This document shows, in pieces, positions 1 through 11,485 of a stretch of 64,000 nt of DNA. A program made the translations under genes and the position numbers. The DNA comes from Candidatus Binatia bacterium (GTDB lineage Bacteria; Desulfobacterota; Binatia; Bin18), in contig CAXXHG010000015.1 of NCBI GenBank assembly GCA_963666315.2, positions 64,001 through 128,000 on the forward strand. Direction: 5' to 3'. The notes under the pieces were generated by a model. It saw nothing but the letters and a program-made list of their open reading frames with translations, had not been told where the DNA came from and did no database searches. Position 1 is the first letter of the stretch; every line of letters begins with the position of its first letter.

Positions 1-2900
<2,900 letters not shown>

Positions 2901-3002
2901 TCGAATGTAGCAAGTCGGGAACGATCGAAACCGGCTCTACACAGCCTAGCGGGCTGCTCCGCGTGCCCGGGATCAGGGGCCAGAGATCGGGGGATTGCTG
3001 CC

Positions 3003-4049
3003 TCACACCTTGAACCGAAAATGCACCACGTCACCATCCTGTATGACGTACGCCTTGCCTTCGAGGCGCATTTTCCCGGCATCCCGACAACCCGACTCAC
3101 CTCCGCGTTGGATATACTCGTCGTAGGCGATGACTTCGGCTCGAATAAAGCCGCGTTCGATATCTGAGTGGATTTTCCCCGCGGCTTGTACCGCAGTCGT
3201 CCCGCACTCTATCGTCCATGCTCGAGCTTCCATAGGACCGGCGGTGAAAAAGCTCATGAGGTTTAACATGCGGTAGGCGTACTGGATAAAACGATCTCGC
3301 CCGGACTCTTCTACACCCAGGTCGGCGAGGAACAGGCCCCGCTCTTCTTCTTCAAGTTCCGCAATTTCCATCTCCACCTTGCCACAGATAGGCACCACAG
3401 TGAGTGCCTGCTCTTCGATATAGGCGGCCACCTCCTCAGGCAGGGGCGTTGGCATCTCGCCCTCTTCTCGGTTGTAGACAATAAGCAAAGGCTTCTGGCT
3501 AAGAAAGGCAAAGCCGGACAGCAGCATTTCTTCTTCCGGATAAAATGACTCTCCACGGAGCGGTTTCTCGTCTTCCAGGATAGCCTGGCATTTCTCCAAC
3601 AACGCCTGCTCCCGTTCTTTACCCTTTTCCTTGCGCACCCGTTCCAGGCGTTTCTCAATCACGCCCATGTCAGCCAGAATCAATTCGGCCTGAAACCCGC
3701 GCAGGTCGCGCAGCGGTTCAGCTCGTGTAGCGGCCATGGGATCGTCAAAGGCAGCCACCACTTGAGTGAGCGCTTCGACCTCGCGCATTTGGGTCAGCGA
3801 ACGCGTATCCAACGCTGCTTTTCGTTCTTCAGACGGCGGGAAATCCAAAAATGTGACTTCGGCATACTTTTTTCGATCGGGCTCAACGATTTTAGCTAAC
3901 GCATCAACGCGCGGGTCGGGGACTATCTGCACAGCAATGGCCGCCTCCCGTTTTGTCTCAAAGCTACCGACCTCTGCACTCATGCCTGTCAGCACATTGA
4001 AAATGGTTGTTTTTCCTGATCGTGCAAATCCGACTAAGCCTACTTTCAT
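3003..4049 (-). CDS. ychF: YchF/Obg-family ATPase with C-terminal TGS/DUF933 domain (YchF-like)
   Basis: MKVGLVGFARSGKTT P-loop; AAGKIHSDIERGFIRAEV and RLEGKAYVIQDGDVVHFRF C-terminus. ATG at 4049 preferred over the ORF-track start. Confidence 0.85.
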   Translation of the reverse strand: MKVGLVGFARSGKTTIFNVLTGMSAEVGSFETKREAAIAVQIVPDPRVDALAKIVEPDRKKYAEVTFLDFPPSEERKAALDTRSLTQMREVEALTQVVAAFDDPMAATRAEPLRDLRGFQAELILADMGVIEKRLERVRKEKGKEREQALLEKCQAILEDEKPLRGESFYPEEEMLLSGFAFLSQKPLLIVYNREEGEMPTPLPEEVAAYIEEQALTVVPICGKVEMEIAELEEEERGLFLADLGVEESGRDRFIQYAYRMLNLMSFFTAGPMEARAWTIECGTTAVQAAGKIHSDIERGFIRAEVIAYDEYIQRGGESGCRDAGKMRLEGKAYVIQDGDVVHFRFKV

Positions 4050-4224
4050 ACGCCGGAGTCTAGCAGGTTCACAGCAGGCGATCACCCAGCCCGCTCGCAG
4101 GCGCATGATTCCCTTTCCATGGGCATGCCTATCCTTATTTGTGTCAACCCTGCGCAAGCAGGTATCCAGGCTTATCGGACAAGACCGAATTTTGTTAATA
4201 GCTCTCAGGACGAAAGGCGGGTCC

Positions 4225-5307
4225 CTAACGCCGGAATTCCTGAATGGAGGTGGCAGGAGTGCCGTCTTTGCGTAGAATCTGACGAGTCACTGAACGTGTC
4301 ATGGCTCCGAACGTTGGCATCCAACACGAATGCCGGCCGGGACCACCGACAACGATGACCATCAGCCGGTCGGGCTTACGGATGAGTGGAATGGCGTCCT
4401 CGTTGGAGAAAGCATCGTCTGGGGTGAATCCCATGCCGATCATGCCACCGGTCTCCCATTTGTCGCGCGGTACACGGGCGTGCTCAAAGACATAGGCGCG
4501 GATATCGTCTTTACTCATGCCGTCTCGGGCTAAGATCGCGGCATGCTCCGGTCCAAGCGCTAGAATAGGTTCGCCAAATGCATAGGCATTGTTTGAGCCC
4601 ATGCCGGCCATGGTAGTGGCGATAGTCGTCAGAATCCCTGGGGCCGCACTACTGATGTGATCATTAATATTATGCGGCCCCTCTGCACCACAGACGGTCA
4701 CCGTACTCGTCTCTGCGCCAAAGCCACGTTCGACATGTAGAGGGCCCCACGGGTTCTCTTCTTCGTTCTCAGCAATGCAATAGCTATACTTCGACGGCTG
4801 ACCTTGCGTAGAGCGGTCCAACACCCCCGGCGTCGCGCCTCCAATATTCAGTAACGCTAACCGGATAGCCCGGCCGATAGTTGCGTTGGGCCGCCAGCCT
4901 TGTCCAAAGGCGTTATAGCCCGCATTGACTCCGATCTCCGCAGCAATCGGACCATTCAGGATCAGCAGGGGAGCGCACGGATGGGTCGTACTCTGTACCC
5001 CGTACAAATTGAAGGATTCCTCGAGTAGCGCCTCGACCGCGGCAATGATCACCGGGAAGTATTCGGGTACACAGCCCGCCATGACTGCGTTAATTGCTAA
5101 TTTCTCGACTGTGGCGATACCGTATTTTGGCGGCATCGACCCCAGTTCGTCTTGGGGGTCACGGTCCGTCCATGCCAGTATTTTTTCGACTCGTTCTGAA
5201 GTTGGCGGAATGATTGGTAACCCGTCCGTCCAGCCTCGGTCGTAGAACCAGTCGTTGACGGCTTCGATGGAATCATCAAGGGGAATTTTTTCAGCAGCAA
5301 AATCCAT
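4225..5307 (-). CDS. Conserved hypothetical protein of the family that accompanies UGSC (seleno)proteins
   Basis: Motifs GWTDGLPIIPPT, EKLAINAVMAGC, NATIGRAIRL, CIAENEEENPW; lies directly downstream of the UGSC gene. Confidence 0.8.
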   Translation of the reverse strand: MDFAAEKIPLDDSIEAVNDWFYDRGWTDGLPIIPPTSERVEKILAWTDRDPQDELGSMPPKYGIATVEKLAINAVMAGCVPEYFPVIIAAVEALLEESFNLYGVQSTTHPCAPLLILNGPIAAEIGVNAGYNAFGQGWRPNATIGRAIRLALLNIGGATPGVLDRSTQGQPSKYSYCIAENEEENPWGPLHVERGFGAETSTVTVCGAEGPHNINDHISSAAPGILTTIATTMAGMGSNNAYAFGEPILALGPEHAAILARDGMSKDDIRAYVFEHARVPRDKWETGGMIGMGFTPDDAFSNEDAIPLIRKPDRLMVIVVGGPGRHSCWMPTFGAMTRSVTRQILRKDGTPATSIQEFRR

Positions 5308-5327
5308 AGTATTAATAGTATTATCTG

Positions 5328-5397
5328 TAGGGGCGAAGCATTCGCCGAACAGAAGAGCAAACTGCCAGAGGTGTTAGGCTCGAATGCTTCGCCCCTA
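5328..5397. repeat. GTAG-type REP-like inverted repeat
   Basis: Perfect 17-bp arms TAGGGGCGAAGCATTCG / CGAATGCTTCGCCCCTA with a 36-nt spacer; intergenic. Confidence 0.7.
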
Positions 5398-5429
5398 TCC
5401 GTTCTCGCATGACGCGACGGCGAAATGTG

Positions 5430-6029
5430 CTATGCCGACGCGCGCTTAATCCTTTTGTCAGCAGGTTTTAGAAACCGGCCACGGTACTCTTCGGCCAATT
5501 TTTCTGCCGGCTGGGTCAGAATAGCCAGGATCTCGTCAACAACGGCAGCCGCCTTTTCTTGCACCAGGTCTGGTTTATTCCCAGCTAAGGGATGTGGGAT
5601 CACGACAATCGGGACGCTGCCCATGCCCAGCGTACGAGACTCTGCCCGTCCCAGCGGGGCAAATTCATCACTACAAATGACGGCAGTCGGGATGCCTTGT
5701 TTTTCGAGTTCAATCGTGTCGTGGAGACCCCACGACGTGCACGACCCTCAATCGCCGATTGCAGCGACGACAACAGCGCAGGTTGAAAGACGCGCCATGA
5801 CCTCTTCGGGCGCAGCCAGCGCTGCGTTCTTTTCGCCCTTCAGCACGCTGAAACCCCCACACCGCTCATGCAGCAGGGACTCGACATGTTCGAGTAGCAG
5901 TCCCGCGTTTGCCTTGCGGTTGTTGAGGAAGCCGATGGTCTTGCCCTGAATATTTCCATCTCGTCGAGCAAGCGGCCGTTCGCTTGTACGGATTTCCGCT
6001 ATCGGACTGAGTACTTCAATCTGTGCCAT
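5430..6029 (-). CDS. UGSC-family selenoprotein (199 aa; in-frame UGA read as Sec)
   Basis: ORF-track pieces 5748-6155 and 5430-5624 are in one frame, separated only by TGA at 5748-5750: AIGD-U-GSCTSWGLHDTIELEKQGIPTAVI. GGGAGG RBS precedes the ATG at 6029; a SECIS-like hairpin follows the UGA. Confidence 0.9.
5718..5736 (-). promoter_or_regulatory. Bacterial SECIS element
   Basis: GUCGUGG-GGUCU-CCACGAC: 7-bp perfect stem with a GGUCU loop, starting 11 nt after the UGA, the same geometry as the E. coli fdhF SECIS. Confidence 0.85.
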
Positions 6030-6148
6030 CGCAACCTCCCTCGCCTTCTTTGCTATATAATCGAACCCTCTTGCCTGCGCAATGGAACGCCGGCTAAAGA
6101 TTCGACGGGTAAGCCTGCACGCCGGTAAGCGGGTAAGGATGAATCGAT

Positions 6149-6754
6149 ATGGCAAATGTGAAAATCCCGCTCTATTACGACTACGCGTCCTCGCTCAGCT
6201 ATGTGGCAAAACGGGTGATGCAGCAACTCGACGGTCAGCTCGAAATCGATCTGGTATGGAAAGGTGTACAAATCGCTCGGCGTCACAAAGGCTGGAAGAA
6301 TGGTGAGATGATTGGTGATGAAGTCAAAGGTAAAATCGTTCGTATCTCACGGGATACGGGCGTTCCAGTTCGTATCCCGGCAAAATGGCTAGACTCATCC
6401 TATGCGCTGGAGGGCGCCGAGTTTGCCAAAGATCATAATCTCTTCCCTGAGTATCATGAGGCTGTTTTTGCTGCCGCGTTTGAGCAGAGTAAGGACATCG
6501 GAGAGCTGACGACACTGCTGGATATTGCCGAACAAGTCGGTTTATCTGGCGCTGCATTAGAATCATCCTTACAGTCCGGAAATATCGCCAAACGGGTAGA
6601 CGACACCGAGCAAGAAGCCGCGACATTCGGCGTAGTCGGCTATCCGACTTTCATGCTGGGCGAATTTCCGTTGATTGGCATCCAGCCGGCAGAGACCATG
6701 CGGCTGTTGATTCAGCGCTATGTAGAAAAAGCCAGAGAGCAGGTAGGACATTAA
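6149..6754 (+). CDS. DsbA/FrnE/HCCA-isomerase-like thioredoxin-fold protein lacking cysteines
   Basis: [10 protein letters not shown] at the CxxC/SPxS position; FGVVGYPTF cis-Pro loop. Confidence 0.8.
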   Translation: MANVKIPLYYDYASSLSYVAKRVMQQLDGQLEIDLVWKGVQIARRHKGWKNGEMIGDEVKGKIVRISRDTGVPVRIPAKWLDSSYALEGAEFAKDHNLFPEYHEAVFAAAFEQSKDIGELTTLLDIAEQVGLSGAALESSLQSGNIAKRVDDTEQEAATFGVVGYPTFMLGEFPLIGIQPAETMRLLIQRYVEKAREQVGH

Positions 6755-6955
6755 GAGAGGGCGACCTCCTTCTCTCTCTCAACGAGTGGAGCCATTATCA
6801 CAGCTGAGCCCGGCCGACTGCGTATTCGACCTTCAGTATCCTGAATTGATCCTCCTGATTCACCGAGGGGTTTGGTACCAGGGAATCCATCATCCAAGGA
6901 CGGCGACCGAGAGTGTGTTAGGATAAAGAAAGTCGCAATGAGAGAGGAGAGCAAC

Positions 6956-7329
6956 ATGTTTCGTAGCTTCTGCATTATTTTATTTATCTTCTCGTTTCTC
7001 GCAGCTTTCTGGGCCTCATCAGCCTTCGCCCTGACTCCCACCGAAGTACTCAAGCTCAAAGACGCCGGGTGAGCGAGGAAACGATACAGATGATGTTACA
7101 GAATGAAGCTGAGAGCCGTATTTCGTCAGATCTGGTCGAGCACGGCTATGCGACAGACCATATGGGCTCGTGGCAGCTAAGAGACGGGCGTACGATTCAT
7201 TCAACGGGGAAGCGGCGGCTGCCGCTCGATTATCCGACCGAGTATCCCACACCGCCGCCATACGCGCCTTACGCCGATCCGCATATTATTTTGTCACCCG
7301 GTGCCGGAGGGCACGGGCATCGGAGGTAG
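6956..7329 (+). pseudogene. Secreted hypothetical protein, frameshifted near 7068
   Basis: GAGGAG RBS, signal peptide ending in AFA; LKLKDAG|VSEETIQMM is continuous across a frameshift in a G run. Confidence 0.6.
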
Positions 7330-7370
7330 GGGCGAGGTTCCCTCGCCCAGGCAGTATTCCTTCACCCCTA

Positions 7371-8141
7371 TTAAAACTGCACAGAGAAACCTTCGCGCTC
7401 ATTGTTCTCTTTATCGATCACAGAAGTCCGGGCCGAAGAGTAATTGCCAGCCGGATAATACAGAAAGCCCGATACGCTTTGCCCGGGCTCGATAGTGATA
7501 TCTTGCAGGCTGCTGCCCCCGCTGGGTGAGGACACCGGCCCCACACGGCCCCCGCCTTCCGGCACGAGAAAAATCTTACTCACCTCAATCGCATAGGGTC
7601 GCGGGGTATTATTTGTAATGGTAATGCGGACCGGCAGAACGCCACTCGACTGTATGTCTGAGCCAAGGACATTTTGTGATGCAAAGTTATCCAGCGGTAC
7701 AATGGAGAACTGCAGCGTCCCCGCTTCCGGATTCTTCGCTTCATAGGCTTCACGCTGCTTCAGCATGTGAAACGTCACCGGAAAGCTATTCACAAAATGG
7801 TGCGGGCGCTCACCCGCCCCAAGCAGCCCGGACAATGCGCCCGCATTCTGTGCATTAATGTTTGCTCCGCTCTCGCTACACGAGACCGTGACAATGCCAC
7901 CCATGGCCTTCTCTTTTGTTGCCTCAAACCGACCGGCGCGGCCGGGCGCGGCGAGCGTATACGAGGTAAGCGTATACCCCATTGTTTGTATGGACTTATT
8001 CACCAGGCGATTCGCCTCCTCACACGAGGCTGCGGTGAGTTTGGGTTTCTCTATAACAACCCGAGACGGAGTTTTTGAGGCGGCACACCCCAGGATAAAG
8101 AGCGGCAGGGTAAAATAGAGTATGTGAACGAGCATCTTCAT
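7371..8141 (-). CDS. Hypothetical lipoprotein
   Basis: Hydrophobic N-terminus with lipobox ILGC; AAGGAG RBS; 256-aa ORF. Confidence 0.75.
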   Translation of the reverse strand: MKMLVHILYFTLPLFILGCAASKTPSRVVIEKPKLTAASCEEANRLVNKSIQTMGYTLTSYTLAAPGRAGRFEATKEKAMGGIVTVSCSESGANINAQNAGALSGLLGAGERPHHFVNSFPVTFHMLKQREAYEAKNPEAGTLQFSIVPLDNFASQNVLGSDIQSSGVLPVRITITNNTPRPYAIEVSKIFLVPEGGGRVGPVSSPSGGSSLQDITIEPGQSVSGFLYYPAGNYSSARTSVIDKENNEREGFSVQF

Positions 8142-8339
8142 CGACCTTGCTCCTTACTGCGGCACGTAAAGTAGGCGCATAGTACCACACGCCATATTGT
8201 GGAGCGACTCCGGTAGCCCGCTTGCCTGAGTCCTGACCTACCCTTCCCGCGCTGGGGAAAAGCATATACACTCCGTGCCCGTCAGCGTGCAGTTATTGTA
8301 TTCACACGTGACATGAACGGGACATTGGAGGGCCTAGGC

Positions 8340-9128
8340 ATGGAATTCAAAGAGGTCGTTGGGCGCAGACGTTCTATTCGCTATTTCCTCCCCTGGAGGC
8401 CGGTCGAACGCGATAAAGTACAGACCATCCTCGAAGCCGCTCGCCTGGCGAGCCGAGCCGGGAATGCCGATTTTGCGCGTGCCATTGTTGTCCAACGGGA
8501 TGACCTGGCTCAGGCTGATCTCGAGTCCCTGACACTGCCAGTGAACGCCGGCATGATCCAAATGGCCCCTATTCACATCTATTGGTGGGGTGATCTGCAG
8601 GCCTTTGCGCATGACATGCCGCCTCGGGCTAAAGAGCAGGTTGATATCGGCGTGCTCAATATTAGTCATGGCTGGACGCACAAATTCATTAATGAGGTCG
8701 CCTATCCCCAAGTCGTCCAGGCGTTTAGTTCAGACGACGTGCTGTGCGCAAAGGTCACCGGCTGCGAGTCTGGCATCGCGATCTCACAAGCCCTCCTCGC
8801 CGCCGTGGACGAAGGACTCGGTACGATGCTGTGCACCTACCCTGAAGAACCTGCGCGTCAGGTCTTTGGTGTTCCGGATCACTGGACAGCGCTGTGGGTC
8901 CAATTTGTTGGCTATCCGGCCGAGAGCTGGGAGGCGGGCGGCCAACGGCCACGACCGCCGCTGGGAGAACTCTTCCACGAAGGACACTATGGCAAACCGT
9001 TCCGTGGCACGGAAGAAGCAGCCGCACGGCTGCGCGCTGAGAAAATGATACAAGATCCGGCGCCGCTGCCTTGGCGCAAGGAGGAAGTGCGCGCAGTCAG
9101 CCGTATGCTGGGCTTGCCAGAAGAATAA
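8340..9128 (+). CDS. Nitroreductase-family protein (copy 1)
   Basis: RRRSIRYF FMN-binding motif, LLAAVDEGLGT, VGYPAE; GGAGG RBS. Confidence 0.9.
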   Translation: MEFKEVVGRRRSIRYFLPWRPVERDKVQTILEAARLASRAGNADFARAIVVQRDDLAQADLESLTLPVNAGMIQMAPIHIYWWGDLQAFAHDMPPRAKEQVDIGVLNISHGWTHKFINEVAYPQVVQAFSSDDVLCAKVTGCESGIAISQALLAAVDEGLGTMLCTYPEEPARQVFGVPDHWTALWVQFVGYPAESWEAGGQRPRPPLGELFHEGHYGKPFRGTEEAAARLRAEKMIQDPAPLPWRKEEVRAVSRMLGLPEE

Positions 9129-9160
9129 TGCAGTATTGAAACTAGAGGAGCAGCCTATCC

Positions 9161-9505
9161 ATGCCAGCAGATATAGAAAACACACAAACAGTCCAAACCT
9201 GGCTGGCTGGCCTCGAAGACCAGTCCGGCGTCTCGCGCGAAGAAGGTTTACAGCGGCTGGCTGTCTTAACTGTGTTCTGTACCTTAGTGGAAAAAAAACC
9301 CGACCAAATCATTGACGAGTGTCTGCGTGAGGTCAATGGCGGGAAAAGGATCCGCGCCAAAGGCCGGCGTCTGTACGCTGCCAAAATCTCTGAGTTTGAG
9401 CAACAGGTCGAGGGCGGAGCTGGCGAGAAACGACAAAAAGGAAACTATATTCGGAGCTTTTTGATCCATAACGGGGTACTGCTGCAGACCAGTCCTTTGT
9501 TGTAA
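9161..9505 (+). CDS. Small hypothetical protein (RSFxIHNG motif, copy 1)
   Basis: GAGGAG RBS, 114 aa; clear paralog at 10443-10769. Confidence 0.8.
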   Translation: MPADIENTQTVQTWLAGLEDQSGVSREEGLQRLAVLTVFCTLVEKKPDQIIDECLREVNGGKRIRAKGRRLYAAKISEFEQQVEGGAGEKRQKGNYIRSFLIHNGVLLQTSPLL

Positions 9506-9534
9506 CCGGCACGCTAGCCGCCAAGGAGAACACA

Positions 9535-10367
9535 ATCGATTTTCTCGAAGTTGTTGGATCGCGACGCAGTATTCGGATTTTCAAGCCGTGGGAGCAGGTC
9601 GAGCGGGAAAAAATCCAGTGTATTCTAGAAGCCGTCCGTTTGACGAGCTGCCCAGGCAACCTCCAGCCCTAGCGGGCCATTGTTGTTGAGCGGGATAGGC
9701 TGTCAAAAGAGGACCGAGAGGCTCTGCTTGCTGCGGATAATTACCAAGGCGCGCACGTCAATGCTCCAGTCTGGATCTACTGGTTTGCCGATGTCGATGG
9801 CTCAACAGCAGACACGTTTCGGCAACGCGTCCACGAGCTGGTTGACCTCGGGGCACTGCCGACCTTCTACGGCTGGACGCACGAAGCCATTGATTCGGCT
9901 ATTGTCAAAGGCGAGACTGCACCCGAAGGCATGCCTGCCGTGCATACACTGATTCACAACCTACCCCGTGAAGCCGCAGAGGCGGTTGCCCGACAGGAGA
10001 CTGTGGGGGCATGTGCGGTCGCCCTACTCGCCGCCGTCAACGAAGGTCTCGGCACCTGCCTGCATATGGCGGCCTCGGCCGAAAGGATTCCTACGCTGCA
10101 CAAAGTCCTGAACGCGCCTGAAGGCTGGGTGCCGGTGTGGTGTCAATTCGTGGGCTATCCGGCGGAAGAAAAGGAAGCCGGTGGGCAGCGGCCGCGCTTG
10201 CCATTTGAGACGCTGTATTTTGATGGTGTTTACGGCAAACCGTATGCACGCGACGCAAAAATCGTTGAAGAGCTGAAACAAGAAAAGCTCATCCAAGAGC
10301 AAATGCCAAATTCGGTCGTTTTGAAGAACTCAACCATTTGGCCCGCATGTTGGGATTTCCGTTATAA
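9535..10367 (+). pseudogene. Nitroreductase-family protein (copy 2), disrupted
   Basis: After an AAGGAG RBS the frame reads (ATC)DFLEVVGSRRSIRIFKPW. Start codon is ATC, TAG at 9670-9672 replaces a likely Trp, and a frameshift near 10308 displaces the C-terminus FEELNHLARMLGFPL, which matches copy 1. Confidence 0.85.
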
Positions 10368-10401
10368 AGAGATTGTTGCGGTAGGCTGAGTTCATCTCAG
10401 C

Positions 10402-10424
10402 GTAGGGGCGTCTAACGCCCCTAC
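10402..10424. repeat. GTAG-type REP-like palindrome
   Basis: GTAGGGGCG-TCTAA-CGCCCCTAC. Confidence 0.6.
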
Positions 10425-10442
10425 ACAGTGCTAACCACTATC

Positions 10443-10769
10443 ATGAACGGCCTCAAATCCTATGCGAGTGTCCAAAAGTGGATCACTAACGTGAACGGCT
10501 ATTACGACCTCAGCGACGAGGAATGGACAGGCCGCCTCCAGATGTTGGCTGACTTCTGTCAGTCAGAGGAGCAAGATCCGGACGCTATGATGACACACGC
10601 TCTGGCCGACAAGGGCGAAAAAATCGACTTCATCCGCCGCCTTAAGAAATTTGTCAAAAGCCAAACGACAAACCCACGCCTCGGTCACGATATGGAAAAT
10701 ATCGTGCGTTCCTTTTTTATCCATAATGGCGCGCGGGTGGTGACGCGTCCGTATCGCGATAGCGCGTAG
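10443..10769 (+). CDS. Small hypothetical protein (RSFxIHNG motif, copy 2)
   Basis: Shares VQxW, RLxxLxxFC, PD and RSF(L/F)IHNG with 9161-9505. Confidence 0.8.
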   Translation: MNGLKSYASVQKWITNVNGYYDLSDEEWTGRLQMLADFCQSEEQDPDAMMTHALADKGEKIDFIRRLKKFVKSQTTNPRLGHDMENIVRSFFIHNGARVVTRPYRDSA

Positions 10770-10809
10770 CGTAGTATCCCGATGACGCGTAGGGCAGTAC
10801 GAACGCCCT

Positions 10810-11406
10810 CTACCTCTCGTCCGTTTCAAGCGACTCCTTAAACTCCTTGAGGTCGTGCAGCGTCGCAATAATGTCACGCAAGGAGTAGTGCGCGTTGCGT
10901 GGGCTGGTGGATGGAATGGCAAACACATGCGCGCCGCCAAAGCGGTGGTCACGGTCGCCCAGCCCAGCGTCTTTACCGCAACAGATCCGATAGCCCGTTA
11001 GCCCCACAAAACACACAATCTGAGGTCTATAGTCCAGAATTTTTTCGCGTAGCACCTTTGCTCCGCGCCGGAATTCGGCCTGAGAGACTTCGTGTATCCC
11101 TCCAGTCGGACGCTTCACAATATCGGTCAGACCGATCCCCCAGGTCATGAGCCGCACGTCGTCTTCGGGTCCGACCGGGTCGGGGACCAGGCCGGAGGCG
11201 GATAAGGCTGCCCAAAAGCGGTTCACTTTGTTTGCAAAATAATGCCCGACTTCGGCGGAATAGCGGCCAGGATTAAGTCCCACAAACACAATATCTAGTT
11301 TCTGTTGCAGATAGTCGGGTAAGGTCTCGCCCTGCCAGTCGTCTTGGTCTTGTTTTACACGCAGAGATTTCGATTTTTGCGTTGGCGTTGCTGGGTGTGT
11401 TTTCAT
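10810..11406 (-). CDS. mug: G/U mismatch-specific uracil-DNA glycosylase
   Basis: LPDYL, FVGLNPG, GHYFA..NRFW, IPSTSPRNA motifs. Confidence 0.85.
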   Translation of the reverse strand: MKTHPATPTQKSKSLRVKQDQDDWQGETLPDYLQQKLDIVFVGLNPGRYSAEVGHYFANKVNRFWAALSASGLVPDPVGPEDDVRLMTWGIGLTDIVKRPTGGIHEVSQAEFRRGAKVLREKILDYRPQIVCFVGLTGYRICCGKDAGLGDRDHRFGGAHVFAIPSTSPRNAHYSLRDIIATLHDLKEFKESLETDER

Positions 11407-11485
11407 GCCGATTTCCAAGGCTGTTTGTAGATGATTGTGTGCGGACGGTTTGCAGGCTATCTGCAAACCGTTTGTTATGCCCTCG

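Noticed and set aside
6755-6940. Possible 6S or other structured ncRNA in the intergenic gap
   Set aside because: The ends share a direct GGCGACC repeat rather than complementary arms, and I could not fold a convincing rod. An Rfam search would be needed.
9670-9672. In-frame TAG as pyrrolysine or read-through
   Set aside because: The position fits Trp (TGG to TAG), and the same gene has a mutated start codon and a frameshift, so it is a pseudogene.
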